A stretch of 64,000 nucleotides of DNA from Histomonas meleagridis 2922-C6/04-290x (Eukaryota > Protista > Parabasalia), in the NCBI GenBank assembly GCA_020184695.1, contig JAANOX010000035.1, positions 292,877-356,876 on the forward strand, written 5' to 3'. Positions 23,801 through 33,300 of this stretch are shown here, piece after piece. The notes beneath the pieces are model-generated. The model worked only from the letters and a program-made list of their open reading frames with translations, did no database searches and was not told where the DNA came from. Each line of letters begins with the position of its first letter. Positions within the stretch are counted from its first letter, which is position 1. The position numbers and the translations under genes are program-made.

Positions 23801-26488
23801 CCAATTTTGAAATCATTTTTAAACTCACAAAAAAATATCGAAATTGAACATGAAAACATTACAATTTCACCAAAATTTAAATTAATTTTATTTACTTCGA
23901 TTAATGATATTAATCAATTACCTAAAAATTTATTAGATAATGTTAATGTAATTAATTTATTTGATTCTATTAAATCATATTCTAATGAACAAATTTTAAA
24001 CATTTTAATTAAAAAATATTATAATGAAAACATAATCATAAAAAGTAAAAAGTTAAACATCATTGAAAATGAATATAATATAATGAAAGCTAAATTAAAA
24101 TTAATTGATCAACTCAACAAAATATTAGAACAAAAACAAATAAAAAAAAATTTCGATTTCTTATTTGAAAATGATTATTTCAAATCAATTAACAACACAT
24201 ATTCAATTATACAAAATTTACTTAAATTTGATATTGATTCAATTGAACAAGAACGAAATGAAATTAAAAATATTCTTCAAAATCAAATAAAAGTATGTAA
24301 AAACATTTGGGAAATTGTTTTGGAATATTTTAACTATAGTTTCATTCCATTGCCAAAATTCTTACAATATATATCAAAATCTAAGATATCATTAGATAAA
24401 GAAAATCGTTTTTCGTTTCAAAATGATTTAACATTTACATTAATTAAAAATGTATTTCCAACATTATCATTTAATTCTTCATTTGTTTTCTTATTTTTAG
24501 TTGCATTTCATTATGAAAAACATACGAAAAATGATTTAATAAATATAATAAAACATATTCAAGAACAAATTATATTTAAAACTCAAATAGATAAAACATT
24601 AAATGGAAATATAATCGAAACATTAACAACATCAAATTTAGAAAACATATATCAAAATATAATAAATTACATTAAAAAATATTTTGGAAATAATTTCAGT
24701 AAATTATATCCAATACTTCAAATCGATTCATTCGTTTCTACGAATTCTCAAATTCCAACAATAATTTTAACTAAATCATATGAAATAACATCTTTAATAG
24801 AATATCATTTCGTTAATAAAAATCGAATCAAATCATTTGAAATCATTTCATTATATGAAAATGAAGAAAAACTGAATTTTTTATATGAAAAAATAATATC
24901 ATTAATATCAAATGATATAATAATTTGTATCCAAATTGATAACAATAATTTAAGTACACAAATCTCATCGTTTATTTATGATATTTATAATTACTTACAA
25001 ATAAGTAATGAAATATCTATAAATAGTCGAATTGTTTTCATTACGAAAACATTAAAAAGTTTTCCATTAAATATCCTTCAAGATTCAAATGTTATTTTTT
25101 ATGATAATTTTTCTGTCTCAATACGAAATCAAATTATACAATTTTATAAACATTTTTCAACATTTATACAAAATAATATAAACACGAAATTAATGAAAAA
25201 GATTTTATGTATTTTATTAACATTATATTCAATGATTAACTTCAGTGAATTTATGTCACCACTTGGGCTATATGAAAGACAACAAATAAATGAATTAAAT
25301 ATAATAAAATCATTTGATAACATAAAACAAATTTTTGATAAATATGATGATAATAATGAGTTCCCATTAAGAAATATACGAAATATAATACAAAACGATT
25401 TCGGAGTTTGTTGTATTGATTCATTCGATAGAAGAAGAATTCGTTCTTTTGTATATTCAGTTTTTTCTTCTTCAAACATCGAAAATGATTATGTTTTTTA
25501 TGATATAACGAAAACTTTAATTTCATCTGATTCTTCTTTCGTTAATATTATTAATAACATTGAGAATTTGTCTGTCTTTTCATCATGTGATGTTTTAATG
25601 TTAAACTTAAATACGTCTGATTTAATACATAAAATAAATATGTCGAAATGGATTTGTAAACCATTTTTCGATCTAAAAATACTAAAAAATGAAGAAACTA
25701 ATTTGATAGATTTAAATGAATTAATTCCTTCGAACATTAACTTAAGTATTAAAAACGAAAATGAGCCAATTTGGGTTTACTTTATAAATGAAATTAATAA
25801 TTTTAATAATTCACTTGAAATAATTCGTTTAAATATATTAAATCCAAATGAAAAAATCACAAAAAATTTAAAGTTAAATATAATTCCAAAGAAATGGAAA
25901 AATTTAATGTTTTATTCGGAATCAAATTCTTTAACAAAATTTATGGACTTCATTAATCAAAAGAAATATTTTTTGGATCAAATAAATTCATCACAAAAAA
26001 TTCCATCGAAAATTAATGTGAAATTTATATCGAAATTAAAAACATTTTTAAACATTTTCTTATATCAAAAAGCATTTGAAAAAGAATTAAAAATCGATTC
26101 TTTAACATATGAATTTAGTTTTAGAAAAGAAAATGAGGATTCGCTTGCTTTGGATGGTATATATTTAATGAATTGCGATTTTGATAAAGATAAAAATCAT
26201 TTGACATTTAATAATGATAAGAAATTGTTCGTAAAAATGCCTGAAATCGTATGTAATGTTGTCCAGAAAAGAAATAAAACAGAAAAAATGTTTATGTGTC
26301 AATTGTTTAATACTTTGGATTCACGCGAATTTGTTTTGGATCGTAATCAAAAAAGAATTGATGGAGAAATTGATAATTTCATTTGCTATATACCTATGCT
26401 AACAGATGTACCTGTTAAGGAACTTTTAACGAACGGTACATCAATGTTCTGCGTCTTGCCTGATACTGTGTATATTGATAATAACTAA
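14897..26488 (+). CDS. Highly divergent dynein heavy chain-like protein (axonemal inner-arm type)
   Basis: About 3860 aa. Tail motifs (LIYLN, FSAGGISHV, SLDQWYHE, FHWRTFRIWK), linker LPRLFFLSNNEIITILS and GYEFFG, AAA2 GDSKCGKS, AAA3 GKSFSGKT, stalk-like coiled coil with EVLCIFL...LKDPNL, and AAA5-like TPLIIDKNG. First ATG at 14897. Confidence 0.85.
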   Translation: MNYKIQETKLIIPKRKKSTHKKITTPIKKSHGLFNSKDIDESIHEFEMNSPELEKDGVLLRTQNPSLVVLRQQNKPRTITAKPKTTIPKIPTQVTTSLLSKRPISYISQEPQKQINIFQQQFSNEEEEFIENPIEYFSKQPDIDPHKLIYLNYADDKNDPNFNPYKLIKVSFSKINPEHFIFSAGGISHVCPNENTEHFSLDQWYHESSNYEVLRNFKTFSHLFHWRTFRIWKNFVLKQRFEQVSNDVYSHSIINNSVYYQTTLQILKNSFTCETLLKDYLLPFYPQKKYKLNHFIKIKKQYYEIFDDLYSKFIAKIINELVQLDDSIRDPSRVVVNDSDFNEIKRRNPNMIQLKILEQKKYSEELHRNSVVKKEIFTECQLFRMIDITILENLAKGLLECWKKAENNITAELSSIFEVEVCFNEEGKIIITPSLTELLNLTRCSFDETIFHVNNLPRIIQSQQLRNQLQENINDLNDLFENGPNFNQMVSSNTLFDSIKYHVLHTIEISYKDAEALAQQYNEYYPIYHVGQIWDPNSYLFERGGNTKIIKLFENDENLDEIEFDSQKELIFDFNKVKNDIKQFKKDKETLTQFRVCADRGSLYINSRKLRNNLVQIPNKCLNDLFDLINELTKNKINKLQMIFNGCFKKFKNDSNDLDNYIDFCNFVDKTSYLTPLISLEIDFIGDAIKVMKEFDKDLLKINEENKNLIMRFQTYQKLQKSAASIKEIKFDKYKFNLLQEIDFYHKKIKKYSKMIKNYPNSIQNIDDYINTITKIKNKIQIMEPKINNLKEFQITMNQKINDFSLFDEIKFNIQFMDEIINNISKWNLIYKTISTTSLIKLDINQLKSDLLVLKSNIISLESLLKESNQLLIELKENTENIISFIPQIEQLSSGQMQIHHWNKLFDECGHPNKYYPQIKISELISFGILKEKEKISNMTSISQKESQIETEFNNILKYWNETLIPINESNYEINEEIIKLGNINQLNQKIEDTQIKLEEMLLSPYMKRIENDVNQLNTKLENIFKIINIWNEFQINWNVLEPIFEKDDIKSILSQESKHIIEIKEKWNNFMKYSKGDNNLFYICSYPSLLQILNENNELCNKIFVSLNKYINYKRNNLPRLFFLSNNEIITILSTLDFSTYVYHLAKIFMNIKNFDSRAFQTITSARQKDKTTNSKIQDFSNMKIYGLVGDSGDILTFDHPVQCKNSLEDWLPQLLENSRSSFKSNLSLAISKYQSNNFIDWLLTFNTNIIILSLQIIFTNEVNLCFKENSFSNLSQNLLQKIQLISKTMVTPLNATELNKLSCVSTLLNHQLQKIKSFNENYQFYDPKINWDQELQFIYDENETLLYLKQNDNQIEHGYEFFGTTPKFIYFPSSEKALLNLTNNIINDNYSLLFGSELIGKKYIIKYLACLFGKFIYFVPSFSNISKYIISRLFIGSVITGNWLCFPNIEKLSYENNSEIFEFLRNKKFSENNKINIENNIYNVNKNNRIFFTKNSNIFKNKSIPKQLITFLKPISYSALDLHVITEVKLVSNGFRSIKNLTNKIISTLSSITNLFDTMIYKNQVKNLYSIIDNAYNYLKETIQNSYNEISFVNYYENPKLTEEFVIACSFHHQFYPIIPKNQINTFYSILYSSFNLFNNINDFIKNISFTYYTEKIKIVEEQLRNNLKINDENYITKTINLYRLMLQYNCVIIYGDSKCGKSYILNLLKKVFKNISNDQNLSTKFNDIKPLKIFDLYHSSNKIDNIFGNIKKDLNNDEYQKYGIFHSFLNRDPKKHCIVRFNGPLTKEIVKYLEEMLQFDNLRTNFLDNYIFDQKLHFIIETNSINNITPSLFSRCGILYIDKTNSIFDKTKFNNIINENLLNTFQNIFFESYDKINEYIKQNNNFKQKQKLLEYFASKSLEYSLMYLSKYSVNDINDLKKVFSLALVAIYSSLFKDKYIEDFCVWLQKYFELDIPSDWNNFNVNEHFWDVFQRPTLLSLTLNEKFQFVPYDFSILKSDPIIKNINRCDSFKLVSDITFYTAQYLPLFQQLNLILNDHKNVILTGKSFSGKTKFLQCFFTMFPKYIPIIVPINQYSTPKSILKHIKFNSTNSKKPYYVSSQNSIHILIFDNVTPSNLYAIEFIRMLTSDSKIPIYNEKDSKHLKYVKLKNFVIMITGKSLFKYPQRLINLFVPIHLNCPLKFTQMHLLNNYSEYFNVSKEFIQQIYIFLSNLNINEFSYDQILQILIFDENKTYETKEQKENLIKSLISEIEFFFYHKANQEEKEIIRKSFYNAFNDENYHKMFSQYLNDKTKFLYHQIDYTNENMTIKLIESSYDEISEKIKTYFHVTYSSIKQFLLIQRAVSYPNSNAFLIGNNNCERLLISKFVSKCLNYDFYHITNNFKEKMKEIITNTFNSNKKILIYIDTIEDIELIIFILKTKDYSMFLPDEIKEIYKNDNQNLFGYNYLLDKLEMKIHLLINIDNNKFKVPNINNVYTILFEDFYQQNIENLLNKILNSNIFNAIIQKAFEENTIFSINSIYDFVDSVNINIQKHIQKEESMKLTIENSIKFFDEVNSNKEQIEQNILQMKPKIEMLKPEYKVKLIEKLNQINTNIDVKSNEINKDKKLVQIYNENIEYLKSQYENYLEEVKQIKEEDLNNIKHDNSQIFNKFIEVLCIFLNKPIDYDILKDPNLITMLTNNNDNEHLIQNEVINELKNYFNKEEMNRKNIEEISPVLGNIYDYIFTIYKYGLLRNDIETLENELNVKENEFNDYINETQNEIQKIEIEMKEIDDLMELYKDDNEKEKFFNEFEQTNNKFEKFKQFSEDTNKIYKYLQNQISEIQNDHQNIIGNSLITFIYLYFCGFMKKEQKKNFMSNIIEMFNQNSIQFSQENYYDIIFKEILSKKAEKNEELYFNELTFDYFYMLNSIRTPLIIDKNGIVFELFSNINEKFIKTSLLSSEFTNDLVNSMIKGKTILVNDINYYHPILKSFLNSQKNIEIEHENITISPKFKLILFTSINDINQLPKNLLDNVNVINLFDSIKSYSNEQILNILIKKYYNENIIIKSKKLNIIENEYNIMKAKLKLIDQLNKILEQKQIKKNFDFLFENDYFKSINNTYSIIQNLLKFDIDSIEQERNEIKNILQNQIKVCKNIWEIVLEYFNYSFIPLPKFLQYISKSKISLDKENRFSFQNDLTFTLIKNVFPTLSFNSSFVFLFLVAFHYEKHTKNDLINIIKHIQEQIIFKTQIDKTLNGNIIETLTTSNLENIYQNIINYIKKYFGNNFSKLYPILQIDSFVSTNSQIPTIILTKSYEITSLIEYHFVNKNRIKSFEIISLYENEEKLNFLYEKIISLISNDIIICIQIDNNNLSTQISSFIYDIYNYLQISNEISINSRIVFITKTLKSFPLNILQDSNVIFYDNFSVSIRNQIIQFYKHFSTFIQNNINTKLMKKILCILLTLYSMINFSEFMSPLGLYERQQINELNIIKSFDNIKQIFDKYDDNNEFPLRNIRNIIQNDFGVCCIDSFDRRRIRSFVYSVFSSSNIENDYVFYDITKTLISSDSSFVNIINNIENLSVFSSCDVLMLNLNTSDLIHKINMSKWICKPFFDLKILKNEETNLIDLNELIPSNINLSIKNENEPIWVYFINEINNFNNSLEIIRLNILNPNEKITKNLKLNIIPKKWKNLMFYSESNSLTKFMDFINQKKYFLDQINSSQKIPSKINVKFISKLKTFLNIFLYQKAFEKELKIDSLTYEFSFRKENEDSLALDGIYLMNCDFDKDKNHLTFNNDKKLFVKMPEIVCNVVQKRNKTEKMFMCQLFNTLDSREFVLDRNQKRIDGEIDNFICYIPMLTDVPVKELLTNGTSMFCVLPDTVYIDNN

Positions 26489-26949
26489 ATATGTATTTAA
26501 TTTTTTATTCTTAATGTTTTTGAGTTCTCGTTTTGTGATAGAACAGACATACTTACAACCCATCATGCGATCAAAAAGCGCCGAAACAGCTACTCTGTTC
26601 ACTGGTTCGAAGCACATGTCAATTCCCGCTTTATATTAAGATACCTACATTGGTGAAATTTATACTAATGCTGAAAGAAAAAATGTCATTCCGGATCAAT
26701 TTTAACATACATCTTCTTGACATTTTGGGTGGAAAGGAAAAATATATTATTCTTGAATGGATAGCTAATCAAATAAAAATTGATATGATATTATAATATC
26801 GGATTTTCTCTTTTTAATTAACTGAAATAAATTATTAAAATAATTGCATAAATCATACAAAAAAATGAAGTAGGCCGTTAATTTTATACACTTATTAAGA
26901 ATTCTCAATCGAATGGCAAAAATTGTTTGTTGTGTAAACTTTTTGAAAG

Positions 26950-28329
26950 ATGATTGAATGGAAATTGATCGTTTTGCATATCATTTTTGTTCCAATGGAA
27001 ACACGCTTAAAATGCAACAACTTCAATGATGCAATCATAAAAGCGAGTGGTAAGAAATTTGCTTTTGTTACTTTGCTGGGCCCATCTAATTCAGGGAAGT
27101 CAATATCATTAAATTTTCTGGCTAATTTGGCTTATAGAGATTTACAAATTAAACCTGAAACAGAAGGAACCTTTATTTATGGTCCTTTTTCTTGTAACTC
27201 ATACAGGAGTGAGTTATCTATGGATCCATTAGAAGATGATATACAAATTTTTTTTGTTGATACAAAGACTGTTAAAGATTTTACTACCAATAATCTAGCA
27301 GCACTCTCTGAAGTAGTTCCATCTATAATTCTTTCCAAAGTTATTATCACATTTGCAAATTCAAGTATGACACAAGAAGAAATCTGTGCCACCAAAGCAA
27401 TTCTTGAAATTGCTGATAATTTTCAATATTTCAAAGATTATAAACTTGGCAACCAAACAAATATAATTTCAAAATATCTTATCGCAGATGAAATAAACAA
27501 TGAATCTATAAGGAAAGAAATGAATCAGCTAAGCACTAACTTTGGGTTGAAGACATCCAAAAACTTTCTTTTTGAAGATTGCAATTTTTCAAATCTAATC
27601 TTTTACAATCAATCCGAAAAATTCCGGTACAGTTTTGGCGACTTATTGGCTAGCATTGTTGAAGAAGTAAGCAAAGCTCCACTTCAAGATGCGAAAAAAG
27701 TCGACCAAATATATGGCGAAATCAGAACCACAAAAATTGGAACAATTCTGAATTTGCATAATGCGCAAAACAAAAATTTACTTGTGAGCATGTCATCCAA
27801 ATTTGTGGATGGAATCATCAAAGATAAAATTTGTTATCTCCAACAAATTCATGAAAATTTAGAAATCGAATTCCTCGAAAAAGAAGTTATCAGTGATCCA
27901 TTAATATCTTTCGATCGTATTCGTAATGATCTTATTTCACAAATTAACTTAACTCTTCCCAACGCAATCAAAAAAATGGAAATCTACAATGAATTCAAGC
28001 TGAGAATTTCCAAAGAAATCACAGCCAAGTGCACTGAGTTTTCCGATATATTAAGGAAAATAAGGAAAGCGCAGTTCAAATACATCAAAAGAAAGATTGA
28101 CGCGTTTGTGGAGAAAAGAAAATTTGAAATATTGAAAGAAATTTATCCGGATGATGTGACGGAGGTATCTGAAGCAGATTGTGTAGCGATAATAAATGGA
28201 ATCTACAAACAAATGAAAGTATGCAGAACCGTGGATGAAAAGGTGCATGACTACATGGAAAAATTCTTGGCAAAAGCAAATCTGTGCGTGGTGCATGAAT
28301 ATAAAAATTATCAATATAGGGATATTTAA
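26950..28329 (+). CDS. Guanylate-binding protein/atlastin-like P-loop GTPase with helical C-terminal region
   Basis: VTLLGPSNSGKS Walker A, TEGTFIY and IFFVDT segments placed as in GBP N-terminal domains; the start could be the ATG at 26995. Confidence 0.65.
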   Translation: MIEWKLIVLHIIFVPMETRLKCNNFNDAIIKASGKKFAFVTLLGPSNSGKSISLNFLANLAYRDLQIKPETEGTFIYGPFSCNSYRSELSMDPLEDDIQIFFVDTKTVKDFTTNNLAALSEVVPSIILSKVIITFANSSMTQEEICATKAILEIADNFQYFKDYKLGNQTNIISKYLIADEINNESIRKEMNQLSTNFGLKTSKNFLFEDCNFSNLIFYNQSEKFRYSFGDLLASIVEEVSKAPLQDAKKVDQIYGEIRTTKIGTILNLHNAQNKNLLVSMSSKFVDGIIKDKICYLQQIHENLEIEFLEKEVISDPLISFDRIRNDLISQINLTLPNAIKKMEIYNEFKLRISKEITAKCTEFSDILRKIRKAQFKYIKRKIDAFVEKRKFEILKEIYPDDVTEVSEADCVAIINGIYKQMKVCRTVDEKVHDYMEKFLAKANLCVVHEYKNYQYRDI

Positions 28330-28401
28330 CATTGATATTTTAATATCTATAGTAAAAAATATTTATCACTAAGCTCTGGATTAAAACAACGATTTAATTT
28401 T

Positions 28402-28824
28402 TTATTTAACTGTATCATTGTCTTTTTTGACAATTTCATTATGTGTTTTTTCGGCAATTTCCTCTTCTTCTTCATAACCTAAGTATTTTTTAACATTTAT
28501 TCCTATGGTTGGCTTTTGTGGGGGATCATTTATTAAGTTTTGTAGTTGATTAATCGAGTTTTCAATTCTTGGCCTAAAAGAAACAATGCATTGCATTATT
28601 AATTCGTTTACATCATTCTCTAGTGGGGTTGTATTAAGACTTTCTGTGATAAAATCATCAATTTTATTTAATGTATTATTTGCATTTTGTAAAATTTTAT
28701 TTCCTTTTTCAACTGCTTGATAAGCCAATCTCTCCAAGTTAACAATTCCTCTGTTTAACTCTGTTTGACAATCGATGACTTCTGCTGAAAGTTTCTCGAA
28801 TTTTTCTTTAATTTGTTGGCTCAT
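28402..28824 (-). CDS. Small coiled-coil hypothetical protein (140 aa)
   Basis: ATG-initiated ORF with helical composition. Confidence 0.7.
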   Translation of the reverse strand: MSQQIKEKFEKLSAEVIDCQTELNRGIVNLERLAYQAVEKGNKILQNANNTLNKIDDFITESLNTTPLENDVNELIMQCIVSFRPRIENSINQLQNLINDPPQKPTIGINVKKYLGYEEEEEIAEKTHNEIVKKDNDTVK

Positions 28825-28831
28825 CTGAAAT

Positions 28832-28839
28832 AAACGGCT
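28832..28839 (-). promoter_or_regulatory. M3-like core promoter motif (AGCCGTTT)
   Basis: Matches the Trichomonas M3 consensus DRCSGYTD, 8-15 nt upstream of the ATG at 28824. Confidence 0.4.
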
Positions 28840-28866
28840 GAAATGTAAAGTTAAGAAATTAATTGT

Positions 28867-29343
28867 TTACCAAAACTCAAAATCATTTGTAATGAAGTCA
28901 TCAAAAATGTTTGTTTCAGCATCTGGAAAGTCAGGGAAGGATTCAGCATCAGTAACATTAGGTGCAGGTTCTTTGTTGGTAGGTTCTGTAGTTTCAGTAG
29001 GTTCTTGAACCATTTGGCGTAAATGCCGCATCCACCGATTTTTAAGGTTACATTCACTTCTGCCCTTAAACTCTTGTGATATACGCTTCCACTTTTGTCC
29101 ATATTCCTTAACCAATTTTTCCAGAAGTTGATCTTCTTCATGTGACCATGGACCATTCACAAGATTAGGACTTAAGAACGAACGCCATCTTTCACGGCAC
29201 GAACGTGCATTTCTCCCATTCATGAACATTGCGATTAACTCCCAATTTTTATCACCATGAAGGTTAACAAGTCTTGTTAAAAGGAAGTCTTCAGATGGGG
29301 TGAAAGCTTTGCGATGGCTCTTCTTGCCAGTATCAGATGTCAT
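28867..29343 (-). CDS. R2R3-Myb transcription factor
   Basis: RKAFTPSEDFLL...GDKNWELIA...RNARSCRERW and GPWSHEEDQLL...GQKWKRIS...GRSECNLKNRW; acidic tail. First ATG at 29343. Confidence 0.92.
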   Translation of the reverse strand: MTSDTGKKSHRKAFTPSEDFLLTRLVNLHGDKNWELIAMFMNGRNARSCRERWRSFLSPNLVNGPWSHEEDQLLEKLVKEYGQKWKRISQEFKGRSECNLKNRWMRHLRQMVQEPTETTEPTNKEPAPNVTDAESFPDFPDAETNIFDDFITNDFEFW

Positions 29344-30338
29344 GACATCATTTGTAGAATTAGGAACAGCGAACACTGATAAATGCAACTCAAAAGGAAA
29401 ATGACAAAATTCATCGGTTTTTAACAGAAAATTTGAATCAATGTTGGGGGTTTAAGTTAAACGTGTGGTTGGTGATAAAGAGGAAAACCGGAGGTTATAC
29501 TTTGGACAGACCTCATTCAATTGGCATTTAAAATCTTTGGACAGAACTTTCAGAATGACGATAATTACTTTTCTGGTGAAAACGATATTATAATTATTGA
29601 ATTTCCTATCGTACATACTGATGATTAGTTTCTGTTGTACTTTGTGTTTTCGTTTTTTAGACAAGAATAAAATGTTAACAACTCAGTAAAACAATATAAT
29701 TAATTGCAGTTCACAAGCTGACTCTGGTTAATAAAATATTTAATAAAACTTATCAAGAAGCATTTTTCACATTAGATCTTTATTTGTATTTGCTTGCATA
29801 TATAATAGTGATACAAAAATTTGTTGTGTCTGATTTAAGCATTTAATGATTTTGGATGATCGAGTAAAGAAAAAAAAAGCCATCGCATTTTTTTCTGTTT
29901 TAACTATACAAAATCGAAAGAAGTAAATCTGTTTCCTTTATGTTAAATACTAAGTTACTATGTTTTATTGTATGTGTGCGTGCATGTCTACTTTTTTTAT
30001 CATTTTTTGAAATTAAACAAAGTTGATTTAAAAATAAATATTTATTTTTTTTTTTTTTGTCACAACTGTTGAATAAGGTACTAGTTATAAACAAAATAGG
30101 ATTTAAAATGACTTTCTAATTCTGGTTGTTTAAAGTAAGGATAATTTCCTTAAGGAAGTTAAATATTTTTCGACTTAACCATGGTATAAAGAATACCTTT
30201 TCTTTGATATAAATAATAAATATGACAATTTTTCTTCAAGACGAAATGAGTTTATTCTTTGATTTTTTTCCAAAAAAAAAACGAATATTTAAATTTTTTA
30301 CATAACATGTCCATTATTGGCTTGAAAGTCCAAAAACA

Positions 30339-33300
30339 ATGGCAAGCACGCAACCATTTGCTCTCCAACCTATTATTGGAATGAAAGCAGAAGCCCCTGA
30401 ACTGACTTCTGACTTTGATGATATTTTTTCAAGTGATGGTGATGAACAGCCAATTAGCATTCCAAACCCAGGACTTTCAACCATCACACACGTAGCCAAA
30501 AAAACAAACAAAGTAACATCCCTAATTGATGTTGCACCACAGTTAACGAATTTATCAACTCTTCTAAATGATTATAAATTTCCAGAAAAATATGAAGGAA
30601 AAATAGACTTTGTACCAGAAAACACAGCCCCAGAGGATCTAGTTACCGCTATTAATTCAACTTATGAATCAAATTCTTATCAACCACTTTCTGATTTTCT
30701 TGTTCATTTTAACATTCAATCATTAAATGACACACAGCTCTGCCAGCTAAGAATTGTACAACATATATATGACAAAGAAATTGATCTTGAATCTTTAATA
30801 TCAAATGAATCAGATTCAAGAGTTTTAGCGCTTTTATATTTTGCTTTATCCATTGACAAAGAACCCGAAGTTGAAGCTGCTTTTTGTCTTAACTCAGCCC
30901 TTGAATTTGCAAAAAGTTCATCAGTAATTCCAATATCTTTATTTTTTCCAAATTTTGATCTTAAATACATTACTGTTCGTATATGTACTCTTCTCTCCAG
31001 TCTTTTTTCTAAAAACCCTTTAATGCCATCAGCAATTGGTAAGTTATCACCATATGTTGATCCCAAACTTATGGAAAAATTAACTGAAGTTGTTGATGAT
31101 TCTGACTCAGATGATGATTTTAGTGATTCTTTTCTTGAAGACATTCAAGTACAACGTGCTGCTGCTCCACTTTTCCAAATTGATTTTAATCAATGTATCA
31201 CTAATCCACTTGATTTATCGATGCGACAAATCTCTCCTCCATGTATAGTCTTACCACAAGCGCCTACTACTTTTACCTTTTTATTAGCAAATGGTGAAGA
31301 ATCAATCTATGGGATTCATTTTTCTAATTGGTTAAAAGATTGTTCTTCAAGATCTGATCCAATTGAATCAGACACAGGTTCATTGATTTCATACAGTGAA
31401 GAAACTACTAACTCACTTCCTCCGATACATCTTGACCAAGTTCCTTCACTTGAAAAGAATTACGATGACATTTACGGTTTTTTCAATAACCCTGGTGAAA
31501 AAGTGACGATTCCAGATGATCCAGATTTTGCTCTATCGTTACCCATTTTACATTATATTAACTCACGATCTGATATCCCATGTCCAGATTCATTTGGGGA
31601 ATCACGTTTTTTTTCGTTAGAATTTTCAGCACATAAATCATTTGAAAAAGGAGATTCATCATTATATCTTGATACATTAGAAAAACTCATAAAAATAATA
31701 CCTACTGATATTCCACAATCAGCAATTCGTCCATTAAATCCAAAACGAAAGTTTCCTACAAATTCAAATTCTGATGAGTTAAATGAAGACACTAAAATCT
31801 TCATGGCATTAATTGATGCGTTTTTAATGATTGAAATGCGTTCGCCATTAACATTATTACAATATTCATTTGCACCCAAATTAACAGATCAATCACATCC
31901 AATCTTTAATCGAGAATGGCGTACCAAAGCACTTTATCATTTATATATTACTAATACATATTTTCCATATTTATCATTTCGAGCTGCGTTTACAATTGCA
32001 AATAGTTTAATTGATACTAATCCAGAATATGCATCGCGACTAGGTTTTGAAGCATTATATTTATTATTACATCCATTTCCTAATCTAAAGACAACCATTT
32101 GGTGTCGTTCTACATATTTTTTATTAGGGGAATCACTTGAATCAGTTGGTAAATATTATTATTGTGCGTTATGTCATGATTGTGCATTACCATTAACTAT
32201 ACGAAGTCGTAAAATGACATCAAAAGCTGCGCAAATTGCACATAAGAATCATGATTCAATTCGAACAGTATTTTATTATTTAGAAGCATTAAAATTATTT
32301 ACTCAAAGTGATCAAAATGATGAAGCGTTATATGGAACACAAGTATTAGCAGGTATATATCGAGAGAATGTACAATATCTTGAAGGAATTAAATTAATTA
32401 ATACGATATTAAATGGAATGAAACCAAAGACAACGTCAATTAATACAAAACAAATAAAGAATTCAAGTGGTAAATTTAAATCATTAAAACAAAATACTCG
32501 AAGACAAGTAAATACTTCTTATCCATTATTAGATAATAATAATAATCGGAAACCAGAAAATATAAATAATATATTAACAAGTGCTACGTTATGTTTATTT
32601 TTAATTAAAATGCATCAATTTACTTCAGCAATATCAATTTTAGATAAAATTGATTCAACAAATATTAATGATTCTATTACACGTTTAACTACATATTTAA
32701 GATTTAAAACATTATTTATCCAAGGTAAAATTAATGAATTATTTAATATGATTACACCTTCTGATTTAATACGACCACGAAATCGTACAAATTTTGGGAA
32801 ATTTATCCTTTTATCATTTGATTTAAATGTAGCATTATTAAAATTATTAACAAAAGCAAGTATTGTTAAACAAATAAATTCGACGTCATTATTTTGGGCT
32901 GAAATGTTATGTCATACAGCAATTACACACACGAATTCATTAAATGAAATTGGTGTATCACATTTATTACGTGCACAATCATTATTATCACAAATAGAAG
33001 GCACACAAATATATTATCAACTTTCTACATTAGAATCATCTATAGGTAAATTTATATGTGATGAACATTTATTATTTACAAAAGAATTTATTATAAATGA
33101 AACTTTATCTTCAATATCATCCGCAAAAATTTGTTTTGATCGAGTAGGTAATGCACCGAAACATTTAGATGCATCATTAATGTATTGTGAAGTATTAATA
33201 TATCATTTTTATAAGACTAAAGTTATTGAAAACATTGAAGCTATACCTATTACTATATCACAACCACATTATTTAACAACATTAAATGATAAAAATAATA

